A stretch of 62,482 nt of DNA, counting the filler, from Collodictyon triciliatum (taxonomy: Eukaryota), in assembly GCA_043381765.1 (NCBI GenBank). It is 12 parts of 12 records of this genome, joined end to end, with 100 filler letters (N's around TTAATTAATTAA, not from the genome) between each part and the next. Parts side by side here need not be neighbours in the genome. Positions count along the whole stretch, not along the records: positions 1 to 5,450 come from JBHJMP010005186.1; positions 5,551 to 11,000 come from JBHJMP010005187.1; positions 11,101 to 16,557 come from JBHJMP010005188.1; positions 16,658 to 22,106 come from JBHJMP010005189.1; 8 more parts are not named here. The stretch is one strand, 5' to 3'. Below are positions 1-16,836 of the stretch, piece by piece. The translations under genes were made by a program, and so were the position numbers. The notes under the pieces are model-generated. The model searched no databases. It had not been told where the DNA came from and saw only the letters and a program-made list of their open reading frames with translations. Each line of letters begins with the position of its first letter. The stretch's first letter is position 1.

Positions 1-98
1 ATCACTATCACTATCACTATCACTATCACTATCACTATCACTATCACTATCACTATCACTATCACTATCACTATCACTATCACTATCACTATCACTAT
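1..98. repeat. (ATCACT)n microsatellite at contig end, intronic
   Basis: About 16 perfect hexamer copies, lying just past a GT donor (109-108, minus strand) of the BAR-like gene. Confidence 0.95.
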
Positions 99-109
99 TT
101 GTCATGTAC

Positions 110-1213
110 CTTGGCATGCCTAATATCTTGTTGGGTGGCTCTGATTGGTGCCCACACCATGTTTTTCATCGACTGCACCTGTGGCGAGGATATTCCAATA
201 AGAATAAATAATACTCATATGAAAATCGGCATGGTATTAGTGTATATGAGAAAATGGGATGGTTGTATTCCCAAGAAATAAATGCATATACCCATGTTGC
301 TGTGGACTGGTCGAGCTTTACAAAATTTTCCCCATATGTTTTGAAAGCATCTCCTGGTAAAAAAAAATTGGAGCAAGGTTTAGTGGAGCTGATAGTATTG
401 CTTTTGTGTAATGTATACAATGATGATATTGCAGGGATATATTGACAAAATGCAAGATACTTTATCATTATATAGTCTCAGAATGAAACTTAATAACTAC
501 AAATTTATGGATTGCTTTAATTTATCTAAAAATACATGTGAAATTTTTTTTTATTTTGAACAAATCAGTTGTAATTGTGGGTTTTTTTTTTCGTATGGTT
601 TGTGATGATGAGCCGAATTACTTTGCCTTGTCGTTTGCCCTTCATCCGAGAAGTTCATGACGAATTTTGTTAATTCCACCGATGCTTTCTCGTTTGCTGG
701 GCGACAGAATGTATTTAAGTGGTTAAGGAAAGTAGGATATCATGATGGTATATATTTGATGGTTATAAAAAAATTTTAATAAAAAAATTGATATAATAAT
801 GAATAAAATAATGAATGTTAACTTGATGCATTTATTTTATTTTATTTTGCAGTGGCCTTGTCAAAGAAGAAAGGAAAAGAACACAAGAGATGTCCCTATA
901 TCATGCCTTGTTGGCCATGGAGAACATACTTTCTGCTGTAGAGATGTATCCCCGAACACGCGACTCAAGATTATTGTATAGCAACTCGGCAGTTTTTAGA
1001 TCCTTTTTTTTTCAGGAGAGAAAAGCACATAAAAGAAAAAGATTATGTGTGAGGGGAAGCAAACCAGAAGGCCGGACCATTTTGCCAAAGACAAGGCCCA
1101 CAAACCTTTTTCCGCTGTACGATCTCTGGGGGCTCCTGGAACGCATCTAGCCCGATTTTCGTCGAGACAAAGTTTTTTGCCAATAAGAGCTTTGCTTTGA
1201 GGCGCCCTGACAT
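110..1213 (-). CDS. BAR-domain-like helical protein, 5' part (multi-exon, 3'-truncated by contig end)
   Basis: Five phase-compatible GT-AG exons splice to MSGRLKAKLLLAKNFVSTKIGLDAFQEPPEIVQRKK|DLKTAELLYNNLESRVRGYISTAE|TNEKASVELTKFVMNFSDEGQTTRQ|RDAFKTYGENFVKLDQSTATW|VQSMKNMVWAPIRATQQDIRHAK. The amphipathic N-helix followed by long helices resembles N-BAR proteins. The family call is an inference. Confidence 0.55.
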
Positions 1214-1681
1214 AAGCTGGTGCTGCGAAGCGAAAGAGTCTATGTTGCGTGATTTAGGAGAAGAAAAGAAGAAAAAGAAGAAAAAGAAGAAAAAGAAGAA
1301 AACAAAGAAAAAGAAGAAAAAGAAGAAAAGAAGAAAAAGAAAAGAAGAAAAAGACAAAAAGAAGAAAAAGACAAAAGGGAAAAGAGGACAACTCCGCTGC
1401 GTATGTCAAAACTCTCAGAAGCAGACACTTTGGGTAACCACCTTATCCTCACCCGCACCACACTTCAAGACAGAGTCCGAACCGCAACCACCTGCCAACC
1501 ACAGCGCCTGACTGGCCAAACTTCCCTGTGATACATCTGTATTCGCAGGTCAAATACTCAGTGCAAGTACGGTATCTTTATGTCTTCACCCTGCACGTGT
1601 GCCTGTGTTCTGGCACGCGGCAAAGCCAAAGAGATGCCGACAAGGCAACGGCGCACAAGACAAGTTTGCAGCAAGGCGCAT

Positions 1682-2941
1682 TTATCGGAGGCCCAGGAAG
1701 GCAGAGACGCGGCCCTTCTTGAACGGGACAGGCTCGGGCTGCGGAATCCCATTGTAGTTGCGCCAATACTGCAGAAAGGCGTTCTGAACTTCCTTTGTGT
1801 TGATGTCTCGGGTGGTTGTGCTACATGTTGATTAGTTGGGGCGGTCAGAAAAGAGTCAGGGAACATGTGAGGTTGGAGCACAGTACCCAGTCAGCGACTG
1901 AGGCGCGCCAGACATGGATTGTTGGTGTTTGTAAGTGGCTGAGGAAGTGTGTTGGGTTTGGAGTGAAGCACAGAGGGTAATAGGAGCAAGTAGAACGCAG
2001 GCGATGATCGTGGGATGCAAGTGGGCTTCAAGGATGAAAGTGCAGAAAGGGTATCGGTGTGGTGAAATAGAGCAGCTCACAAGAGAGTTACGCCATGGCC
2101 GACTTCGTAGCCGCCAAAGTAGCCCACCACAGCGCCGGCCGCAGCTCCCAACACACTCTTTGTGCGCAAGGCAAAGTAGCCACCAAATATTGCTGCTCCG
2201 GCAAGTCCGCTCTGGTTCGAAAACTTTCCGGCCTATGTAACAAGATGAAAAGACGAGTCATGTAAATAGATATCAGAGGTGTCTTGAGTTACGGTTAGGG
2301 TAGGCCGAGAATTATTAGGCATGATGGCACTATATTGTTCATTAATGCTATTTCCATGACGGATACTGTTTTTTCCCCGGTTATTAAACTTCACTTATTG
2401 AATATATTTCCTTTTATTTTATTTATGTATCTGCTTTAATTGCGATATTTAATAATGTGATAGCCTGAACAAAGCAAAAGGGAACATGGGAGATCCTAGG
2501 CTGCCCTCCGAAAGAGAGCAAATATCCAATAGAGAAGCAAACCTCGCGAACTGCCTTCATTTGTGGGCCATAAATGCGATCAACTTCGATGAAGCGGTCA
2601 AGGTCGGCGCTGTCCCACGCAGGCAGGCTTTCGAACGGGTAGAATTGGCGCGGTGTGGGCTCTGTGAAGTTTTGACATTGATCAGAGTCTTGGTCTACTC
2701 ACTCAATTTCTGCTGCCGAGTCGGGGGTGTATAGTGTGTTTGAGACGTCCCATCAGAAGCAAATAATTATGAATATATATATAAAGGTTTGAGCCTGAGG
2801 ATGAGGCGAGAGGAAGAAAATGGGTTGAAAACGATATATGGTCTTACTTACTGGACATTTGTATGACTTGCTGGTCTTGGCTAGTTTGTATGGATAAAAG
2901 ATAAGTCGACTAAACAATCGGTGGCTCCCTTGTTCTTCCAT
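1682..2941 (-). CDS. SDH6: Succinate dehydrogenase subunit 6 (plant-type SDH6)-like small membrane protein
   Basis: Exons ending at 2543, 2232-2081 and 1820-1682 splice in phase to ..LPAWDSADLDRFIEVDRIYGPQMKAVRE|AGKFSNQSGLAGAAIFGGYFALRTKSVLGAAAGAVVGYFGGYEVGHGVTLF|TTTRDINTKEVQNAFLQYWRNYNG..LGLR*. This is colinear with the recalled plant SDH6 pattern LPxW..D.D.FI..DP..GP..K.ARE, two Gly/Ala-rich TM helices, G.E...H and Q..F..WW. The first exon (ATG 2941) is tentative. Confidence 0.7.
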
Positions 2942-4839
2942 CTCTTGGGGTTGTGTTCGTGTGGGTTTGGTTCGGTGCGCCGCTCCACACACATCAGCTG
3001 ATTTATTTGATGCGGTTGATTCGCGAGGTTTGAATTTTTGTTCGTTTAGATATTTTTTATTGAATGTTCAGTGAAATAATCCATTTTTATTTATTTTCAT
3101 TTGTCAATTGTGGAATAGGGTAATATTTCCAAAAAATAGATGCACGGCCAGCCGTGGCTTTTCTGTCGATAATCGATGTCATATCTCGTCATCAGATTTG
3201 CATAATTTCAAGATGCGATAATGTGCTAGAAAAGCAAGAGAAACCACAAACGAAGTGTTCACCTTGAAATTGTATGCTCCAAATATAATATTTTATTATT
3301 TTCCACTTTAAGATGGATTATTGTGGAAAATGAAGAACAAAGAGTCAGTTTCGCGAAAAGCACATGGGTTTTAATGATTGTGGTATCTTGCTGGCAATCT
3401 GAGACAAAAGTAATAGTTGCACCAAAATTTTAGAGACAAGTATGTGCTAGATCGTAATGCAACGTTTAAACGCTCCATAATTTGGCAGTTCGTTCTGCTT
3501 CAGTCTGCACTCTCCTATGAGTCGTAATCCAAGATCGTTATTTATATGCCCCGGCCCGGTTGCTTAAAAGAGTTATGGTGCAAATCACTTCTACATTTGT
3601 TACTCTATTTCCTTTCCACAAACTAAATTGCTATTAGTATTACTGTTACTGTTGCCTAAAAATGTTGGCCCAGTTTTCTAAAAACAAGCAACAGACAATA
3701 GTCTCTTTCTTCCCTTGCAGTGGGATCACTTCTTTGTCCTTTCAAATATCAAGTCCTCGTTGTTTGCCCGTGCGCACAAATTCAGTTCGGTGTCATTACG
3801 TCCAAGTCGAAGAATTGGAATGTCGAGTAGGGAATACCTTTTGTAACTGACAAACAAACAATGCCAACCGGAAAGAAAGAACGCCAGTAATTCACGATGA
3901 CCGAGTATACCCCATGTTATGTGTATGTTAATGCAATAGATTGAGAGATACTGAACTTATTCTTACTTGTTTAGGTGCGTACACATGCACACTGTTTGCC
4001 CGCCTTCATGAAAAATTGTGGGGTAATTCCACAAGGAATTGCAGAAATTCTCCTTTTGGTTTCTTTTCAACAGTTAATTGAGAGAAAACAAAGCCGAGGA
4101 AACCGCCTTCGCCTCAAGGACAAAAATGAGCTGTGGACAAGACAGTGGAAAACCCCGGATTGTGTGGTTGGAGTTTTTGTGTTTTGGGTGAAAGAGAAGG
4201 AAAAGGAAAAGGAAAAGGAAAAGGAAGAGGAAAGAAAGAAAAAATATAGAAAGGAGAGAAAATGTTTTCACACATACTATTCCACCCGAGGTGAATCAGC
4301 TCCAACGCGATTTCTGGTTGTGTTCGAGACTGACAGAAGAGCGGATAAAGTTGTCGGTCCATGTAAGTACGCGCACGGCAGTTACTTCTCAAATCGATTC
4401 CGACGAATCCTTTCAACCATCTATCTCAGACAAGTATTACACCCTATTTCATTCAACAGGATTATTCTTTTGAGGAGAAACGAGTCTCTTTCCTTGCGTT
4501 TCTTGCTAGGTACTAAGACAGAAAGCGATACATCGTTGTTTGTCTGGTATTCACGGAAGTGGCGCTTGACCATCCCCTGGCATCGGGACCATGCGTAGCC
4601 GACAATGGACTTTGCTTAACCGGAGTATTGATACGCGTTTGTGGTTTTATAAACATACGCTCTTGCTTGCTCGGACTGTCTTCGGTGTTTGATGTTCCAA
4701 GCTTGGATTCGACTTGTGCTGTTTACTCTTGTTCCTTGGTTCTCGGTGCAATGAGCTGGGGCAGGATGTACGCACTATCTTTGGTGGGCGCTGGTTCTTG
4801 TGTTGCCTTCTCTTTGGATATCCTTTCAGATGAGGCCGC

Positions 4840-5450
4840 GCCTGATGGAAAACACAAGCCGAGCGGGGAGATCGGCGCAAGCCGCGACCCGTCGAAGCCC
4901 TGCATGTTGCAACCAGTTCTTCTGGTTCCAACGCTGGTGCAGAAAAACCCCGAGTGGCACGTAAGTCCAGGAAGACCCGCGTAAGGAAGCTGCTTGCAAA
5001 TCTGTCTGGGCGGACAGTATTTTTGTTAGATGTCAAGCAAGTCGCTTACAACAAGAAAAAGGCCCGCAGACTCACAGATGCGCTCGCCTTCTTCTTTAAA
5101 GCGAACAAACTTTGGGAAGAGACCATCTAATTGCGCTTACTGGACAGCGAAGGCCTTTTCCTGATCGCCTTCCGCACTGCAGAAAACGCCCGAAAGCTTC
5201 TGGAGCTGAAGCAAGTAAGTTTGATTGATATTATGAACATCTTCAGCAGAAGTAAACCAGCAGAGACCTCGGTGATGCTTTACCAACTACCGCTGGACGT
5301 GTGGCCGCAATTCCTTCGTGAGGAGCTGAAGCCGTTCAGACCGACCCACGTGGAGATCAAAAAGGACAAAGGCTTCTTCACAGACACGGCCGTGGTGAAG
5401 CTTCTTTGTCACAAGAACCAGCTCCATGCAAAGTTTACGGTCATGGGCAA
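4840..5450 (+). mobile_element. Decayed repeat copy 1, non-LTR retrotransposon ORF1 (RRM-like)-related
   Basis: Clearly homologous to the reverse complement of 5757-6347. It encodes ..FLIAFRTAENARKLL..VMLYQLPLDVWPQFLREELKPFRPTHVEIKKDKGFFTDTAVVKLL..AKFTVMG, a LINE ORF1-like RRM pattern. It is intronless and GC-richer than its flanks, and has an in-frame TAA at 5128-5130 where copy 2 has CAA. Confidence 0.6.
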
Positions 5451-5550
5451 NNNNNNNNNNNNNNNNNNNNNNNNNNNNNNNNNNNNNNNNNNNNTTAATT
5501 AATTAANNNNNNNNNNNNNNNNNNNNNNNNNNNNNNNNNNNNNNNNNNNN
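5451..5550. other. Artificial contig spacer N44-TTAATTAATTAA-N44 (first of 11)
   Basis: The identical 100-bp spacer occurs at 5451, 11001, 16558, 22107, 27656, 33219, 38766, 43146, 48692, 54238 and 59782. TTAATTAATTAA places stops in all six frames. Confidence 0.98.
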
Positions 5551-6347
5551 CGAGATTTCCTTCCATGTCATCGTCGCTGTCGCTGTATGCGCGTATCTGC
5601 TGTGAGTCTTGCGGGCTCAGTTGTTGCCTGGCCTTGGCTTCCTTGACCCAGTTGCTGCTTGTTTGCTTGGAAGGTGTATTCTTTTGCGGGGCTTTTACTT
5701 GTCGTTCGTTGTTCGCGGCTGGCGGACGCTCTTTGAGGATGCGCTTTGGACACTTTTTTGCCCATGACCGTAAACTTTGCAGGGAGCTGGTTCTTGTGAC
5801 AAAGAAGCTTCGCCACGGCCGTGTCTGTGAAGAAGCACTTGTAATTTTTGATGTCTCCATGTGGGTCGGTCTGAACGGCTTCAGCTCCTCACGAATAAGT
5901 TGCGGCCACACGTCCAGCGGTAGTTAGTAGAGAATCACCGAGGTCTCTGTTGGTTTACTTCTGCTGAAGCTGTTCATGATATTGCTCAAACTTACCTACT
6001 TCAACTTCCAGAAGCTTTCGGGCGTTCTCTGCAGTGCTGAAGGCGATCAGGCAAATGCCTTCGCTGTCCGGTAAGCGCAATTGGATGGACTCTTCCCAAA
6101 GTTTGTTCGCTTTCAAGAAGGAGGCGAGTGCATCTGTGAGTCTGCAGGTCTTATTCTTGTAAAAAACGACTTGCTCGACCCCGTGAAAAAATACTATCCG
6201 CTCAGACAGACTTGCAGGCGGCTTCCTTGCACGGGTTTCCTGACTTACTTGAAACTCGGGGTTTTTCCGCGCCAGCGTTGGAACCAGAAGAACTGGCTGC
6301 AACTTGCAAAGCCTTCGACGGGTCATGGCTTGTGTTTTCCGTCAGGC
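5551..6347 (-). mobile_element. Decayed repeat copy 2 of the same non-LTR ORF1-like element
   Basis: Same sequence family as 4840-5450 but with independent lesions: TAA at 5926-5924, frameshifts, and a short deletion between CAAGCC repeats. It extends about 200 bp further 3' into a basic/acidic low-complexity tail. Confidence 0.6.
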
Positions 6348-6829
6348 ACATGCTTCACTACTTCGATCGATCCATATATACGATTGTTAGCTCTTTCGCT
6401 ATTGCTCTATACATTTTCTTTTCTTTTCTATGAGCTACCCTATGTCTCCAATAACAGTACGGACTTGTTATCGATTGCGGAGCTATACCAGCGCATCAAG
6501 TGATTGCTGCAACCATAGTAACTTTTCACCTCGGTCGCCCCAGAGCAGCTAGAAGGGAAGAAAGTAAGCAAAACAAAAACGGGAAAAGGAAACACTTTTT
6601 TTTCTTCGTCCTTCATTCAACATCATATCAACGACACTACAAAGAGGAATCAAGACATCAGAAAATCAAACCAAGATAATCAAATAGCAATTGCTGTGAA
6701 TACATGTAAGATTTGTTTCTCTTTCCTAAACTCTTTGTCAAACACAGGTATAATTCATACCAAAGAAAAAAAAAGAATGTTCGATTGGTATTATTTGAGT
6801 CTTTTATTGGATCGGTGGGCAAGAAAGCT

Positions 6830-9800
6830 TTACGAGGAATCCACAAATGCCACCAAAAAATCCTTGAATCTGTAGGACACTTTATCAGGGATTTTGCCCA
6901 GACTCAATAGCTTTCGCATTTCGTTGTCTGGCTCTGAATCCTCGATTGTCTTTAGAAAGCTATCAACCGACTCTTTCGACGCAACGACATTGTCGCTGTC
7001 AACAACAGTCGCAAATATTTCTGCCAAGTCGTCAATCGTGTTGGCGGATAAGAGGCCACTCTTCATGAGTTGACAAATATAGTTAAACTCTGCTTCGTCT
7101 GCATAAACTGACCAGTTATTTTCGACCTTGTCAAAGTCTGTATCCACACTCTGTGTGTCTTCGAAACTGTCTTGGTACACGCTGTTTTCTTGAGGTACTT
7201 CATGAGAAACTGAAAACTCGTCATTGTGGAAGGAACCTAGCGCATGAGCATCTAGGTAAGATAGCATCTGTGTATTTACTAAACTATATGGTGGTCAAAA
7301 GGTATTGCCGACTAATGACCCGTCGATTAAACACGAGGAAAGGTGACAACAAGAAAAGACAGAGAAATATACCTATGTTTGGTTTAGACGATTCGCTCAC
7401 AAACGTTTCCAGCTTCAGATTTTGATCGAGATGGTGCTCTACCACCGACTCTTTGGTTTTGGTTGTTTCAGTGCCCGTCTCTGTAACCTCAGAGTCGAGC
7501 GCTAACAGATTTTCATTACCTTCGGAGTTGATAGAAACGTTTCTATGTGAATATGGCTCTGTGAGGTTATAATCAAGGGCGGTCTGGCTCTCTGATATAA
7601 AAACATTTGGTAATCCCTTATTTTCAGATTCACCACAATCTTCACTATGATGTGTCTCTTTTGACTTGAGCGAATCCAATTTTTCGTCTTTGCTCTGTGG
7701 CAGTGGATTTCCCGTCAAAGATTGATGATTTTCTTCAAATTCGGCCTCGGAGCTGAACTCGTCACAGCTGCCCTCAGATTCAGGGTCTCTAGTCTACGAT
7801 AAAGTGTAAAGAAAACGTGTGTAAAACCAAAATAATACACCAACTTGATTTATGTTAAATTCATAACCTACAGTATCTGTTTCAAAAGAATCATCGGTGC
7901 TTTCACTTTCATCCTCAGTTGTAGTATGCTCCATTTCTTTTCTACATTCCTGATGAGGTTGTAGCTGGCTATCATTTTCTGAATCGGTCGTATCTGAGAT
8001 TGTGCTTCTCAGATCTGAGCCAAACTTATCCTGCTTATCTGAGAGGTGGTTTGTCTCGGCCAAAATGAATTTGCCTTCACTTTCGGAGAAATACCTTTCC
8101 ACTTTCTCGTTTCCATCCTTTGATGAGGGACTCAGAGTGTCGTCTTCAAAAAATGGACGGGCAAGTCGGCTTGTATCTGGGACGTGTTTACATTCCTCAT
8201 CACCCTGTCCAAATATTGCTCCTTGTTTCTCATCCACAAATTGAGAACTCGATAGAAGCTCGTTTTGCGTAAATATCGAATTTCCCTCTATTAAATAGTT
8301 TGTGGTACCAAAACTACTATTCGAGGTTTCCGTAAGTTTTTCATGTTCTGGTTGTATTTTAGGATCCTCAGATGTTTTTTCCTTTGTAAAAATTGATTGA
8401 ATGCGACTATTTCTATCTATAGGGGTATATAATTATCTTTAGGTAAACTTTTTTTTCCTCTTAAATTTGATTCCAAAAAAGTATCATGTTTTAGTTCAAT
8501 TACTTTATTGATTTCATAATGAAAAATACCTTCTTTGCGTGTTGGATGATGTGCTTGGAGTTTAGAATCTTGATGCAGGCGAGGCTTTGGTGGCTTTCCC
8601 TTCAATTTGGGTTATGAGTGTGTTAAACAAAAAAATAATAATAATTTGGTATTCTATAATGAAAGTATAAAGGGTATTTTACTGGAGATGATTTAACAAG
8701 TTTGTCCAAAATAGGTTTGACTACATAGCCTGTTGATTCGAAGATACTTTCTGCATGGTTTATATATGCTTAATCATTCAGGTCGGGTTCTCAAAAAATG
8801 CAACAATTTAATAATACCTTATTTCTATATTTTTCCCCGTCATTAAAGCTTCAAATGAAAAATTGATATCAATTATCCGAATTACCTTTTGCCTTGATCA
8901 AGTAATTTGTGTAATCTACAAAACTAACATCATGAGGGGTATCGGCAACATCAAAATTCTCCAAGAGTAAAGAAAAGTGCTCTGTCGGGTAATTTCCCTT
9001 GCACGATTCCAACACCCGAGCAACTATAGCCATTCATGTTGAAACTTTGCGAAAGATAACTTGGATGAAAATATTATTGCTTTAATTTTCTGATGAATAG
9101 AGAAGAATAACCTAGATGCGAGAGAATTTTTCCTGCATAGTTGTGTTTCGATGACGTAAAAGCTGCTCGATGAAGCTGAAGCTCGTCTCTACCTATCAAA
9201 TTTTGCATAACTGGTGCTGATTTGATTCCTCTTCCCTGTCGTAAAATCAGAAAAGCCATTTATTTTTACACACTTTTTTTGTTTGCGTGCTACTTTGAGA
9301 AGAAAGGGAGTGAAGTAGCATAGAATTTGACGTTATTTTTTTGTATGTGTTGATTGGTTATTACTATTTCAGTTCTATTATCCGCGCTAGATGCTCTCTT
9401 TTTGAATAAATCACGATCGATGTTACCGGCCTTAGATTTTTCCATTCCTTTATGATCATGTTTCGAAGGTGCTGAAGTTGAGCGTGTGTACCTGAACATA
9501 CAAAGTTCAATCCACCATTGATAAAAGTATTTCAGAAATTTACACGATTGCCAAAATCCATTTGATTATCCTATCATCATTTCAAATCACGAATATAATA
9601 ATGTCAATTAAAAATTATGTCACTAAAAACCAGGAAAATTACAAGAAAAATGAAGCTTATATTTGGTACTCACGTTTTTCCAAGGATATTTGGATTATTG
9701 ACTGTGTCAATCCACTCACGGCTATGCTCAATATCAATCTGACTTCCACCACGCCTTTGTGAGATGTTGCTTTTGTATTTTTCATTCATCTGAAAATCGT

Positions 9801-10804
9801 GTTCCCATTGATATCTGTTGTAGTTAGCTCTTCCAGTAATCAGACGGCGAATCAAATGCTTATTGAATAAAGGAAAAGATAGATGTAATTTAATCATCAA
9901 GCATTAAGAATGGCGATTATGAAAATAATCTTGTCTTATGTCATTTCAAATCACGCACACAAAAATATTCATACTCATACTCATACTCATACTCATACTC
10001 ATACTCATACTCATACTCATACTCATACTCATAATTAGTATCTGGTATGCGAATGATAAGACGCAGTAAACCTGATTTTCTTGTTCTATTTGAGCAAGCT
10101 TCTTTTTTCTGTTAATAGATGTGGAAGAAACAACTTGGCGAGGTTCGTGTCGAGGTCGTACGTATTCGTTGGGTGTTGAATATATTTTCTCCATTTTCTC
10201 TACCATCCTTACATTTTCCTGCTGAATTTCACGAAGCTTTTCTAATTGATGAAAGAAAAAGATAAGATAAGATAATCCGTGTTGCGGTACTTTCATTTAA
10301 TATTATTTTTAATTTTTCTGTGTTGTAAATTAGATTAAAGCATGAAATGCATATACAGCCAGATGAAGAAAAACTGAATGAACCTCTTTCAGTCTCTTGT
10401 TTCTTTTTCTTTTCTGTGAGATGTTGATAAGCCTGGGGTGGTTCTATTAATTGATTTATATGCATTCTTATGTAATTCAGATCTGACATTGTTTGACCTT
10501 TTTTGCACGCCACTTAATAAACTTTATGAGATATAAAAGTTTCTGAAGGAAAAATAGAGAAGTAAAGAAAAGTGGAGGTAAATAAAAGAGATAAAAAGGA
10601 ATGACGATATAATAAGAAAGAAGGCAAGGTAAACAAACGATTATCTACGACGCTCCGTGTGGTGGCTATTCGTAGGTAGTGATTTGTCTGCTGCTGCTCT
10701 TCCTCCCAACGCTGACTATGACTCCCGACACTCAGATTTCCACTGGGCTTTGATGCGCTTCTCTGTATGGGTTGGTTTGCTTCAGTTCCCAAACGCTTGG
10801 CCAT
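6830..10804 (-). CDS. CFAP97/KIAA1430 (Hemingway)-family cilia-associated protein with long low-complexity C-terminal extension
   Basis: Exons from 10804 to about 9670 give RWEEEQQQTNHYLRIATTRSVVDN|PPQAYQHLTEKKKKQETER|EKLREIQQENVRMVEKM..SINRKKKLAQIEQENQ|HLIRRLITGRANYNRYQWEHDFQMNEKYKSNISQ, the CFAP97D pattern. Further same-strand open exons continue to a TAA at 6832-6830. Their linkage to the same gene is less certain. Confidence 0.7.
9969..10033. repeat. (ATACTC)n intronic microsatellite
   Basis: Perfect hexamer run inside an intron of the CFAP97-like gene. Confidence 0.95.
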
Positions 10805-11317
10805 CGCTCCTTAGATAGCCCTTTGCGCCTTCTTCGTGGGGGATCTTGCTAAAAGTGCAATTTTTCTATTTTGAATTCTTTCCTCTGTTTCTTTTCTTTT
10901 TCTCCCTTTTATCTCTTTTTTCTCTTTTTTCTCTTTTTTTCTCTTTTCTCTTTTTTTTTCTCTCTTTTTTTTTCTCTCTTTTTTTTTCTCTCTTTTTTTT
11001 NNNNNNNNNNNNNNNNNNNNNNNNNNNNNNNNNNNNNNNNNNNNTTAATTAATTAANNNNNNNNNNNNNNNNNNNNNNNNNNNNNNNNNNNNNNNNNNNN
11101 ACAAAACAAAACAAAACAAAACAAAACAAAACAAAACAAAACAAAACAAAACAAAACAAAACAAAACAAAACAAAACAAAACAAAACAAAACAAAACAAA
11201 ACAAAACAAAACAAAACAAACATAAGTGTATTCCATCCCTTAGCTAAATCTCGAGTATGAAAACATACACATAACTTTTAAATGTACTTTTGTCATATGC
11301 TATGACTTGATTATTAC

Positions 11318-16377
<5,060 letters not shown>

Positions 16378-16836
16378 GATTGATTAATGAAGGACATAAT
16401 GAGAAAGCTATCTCCTTTTTTCTTTTTTCTTTTTTCTTTTTTCTTTTTTCTTTTTTCTTTTTCTTTTTTCTTTTTTCTTTTTTCTTTTTTCTTTTTTCTT
16501 TTTTTCTTTTTTTCTTTTTTTCTTTTTTTCTTTTTTTCTTTTTTTCTTTTTTTCTTTNNNNNNNNNNNNNNNNNNNNNNNNNNNNNNNNNNNNNNNNNNN
16601 NTTAATTAATTAANNNNNNNNNNNNNNNNNNNNNNNNNNNNNNNNNNNNNNNNNNNNAAAAAAAATAAAACAAAAATAAAAATAAAAAGAGAAAGAAAAA
16701 GAAAGGAAAAAGGAAAAGGAAAAGGAAAAGGAAAAGGAAAAGGAAAAGGAAAAGGAAAAGGAAAAATTGCTAATCTGTAGCATGCATATCTATTTTCTTC
16801 CAAAATGTAACGACATGTATTCATTTCCATGAATAG

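Noticed and set aside
1-98. (ATCACT)n as a telomeric repeat
   Set aside because: It lies immediately inside an intron of an unfinished gene, and other contig ends carry different repeats.
99-1150. Plus-strand ORFs at the window start
   Set aside because: They do not splice consistently; the minus strand gives a coherent phase-compatible gene.
3600-4840. ORFs 3975-4598 and 4559-4984 as genes
   Set aside because: No recognisable motifs or consistent exon chain. The region may be further decayed element sequence and is left unassigned.
5495-5506. TTAATTAATTAA recurring about every 5.5 kb as a biological periodic motif
   Set aside because: It is always centred in identical N44 runs; it is an assembly spacer with six-frame stops.
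4840-6347. Large inverted repeat or TIR element centred on the gap
   Set aside because: The arms are on different contigs joined artificially and are diverged copies, so the inverted geometry is incidental.
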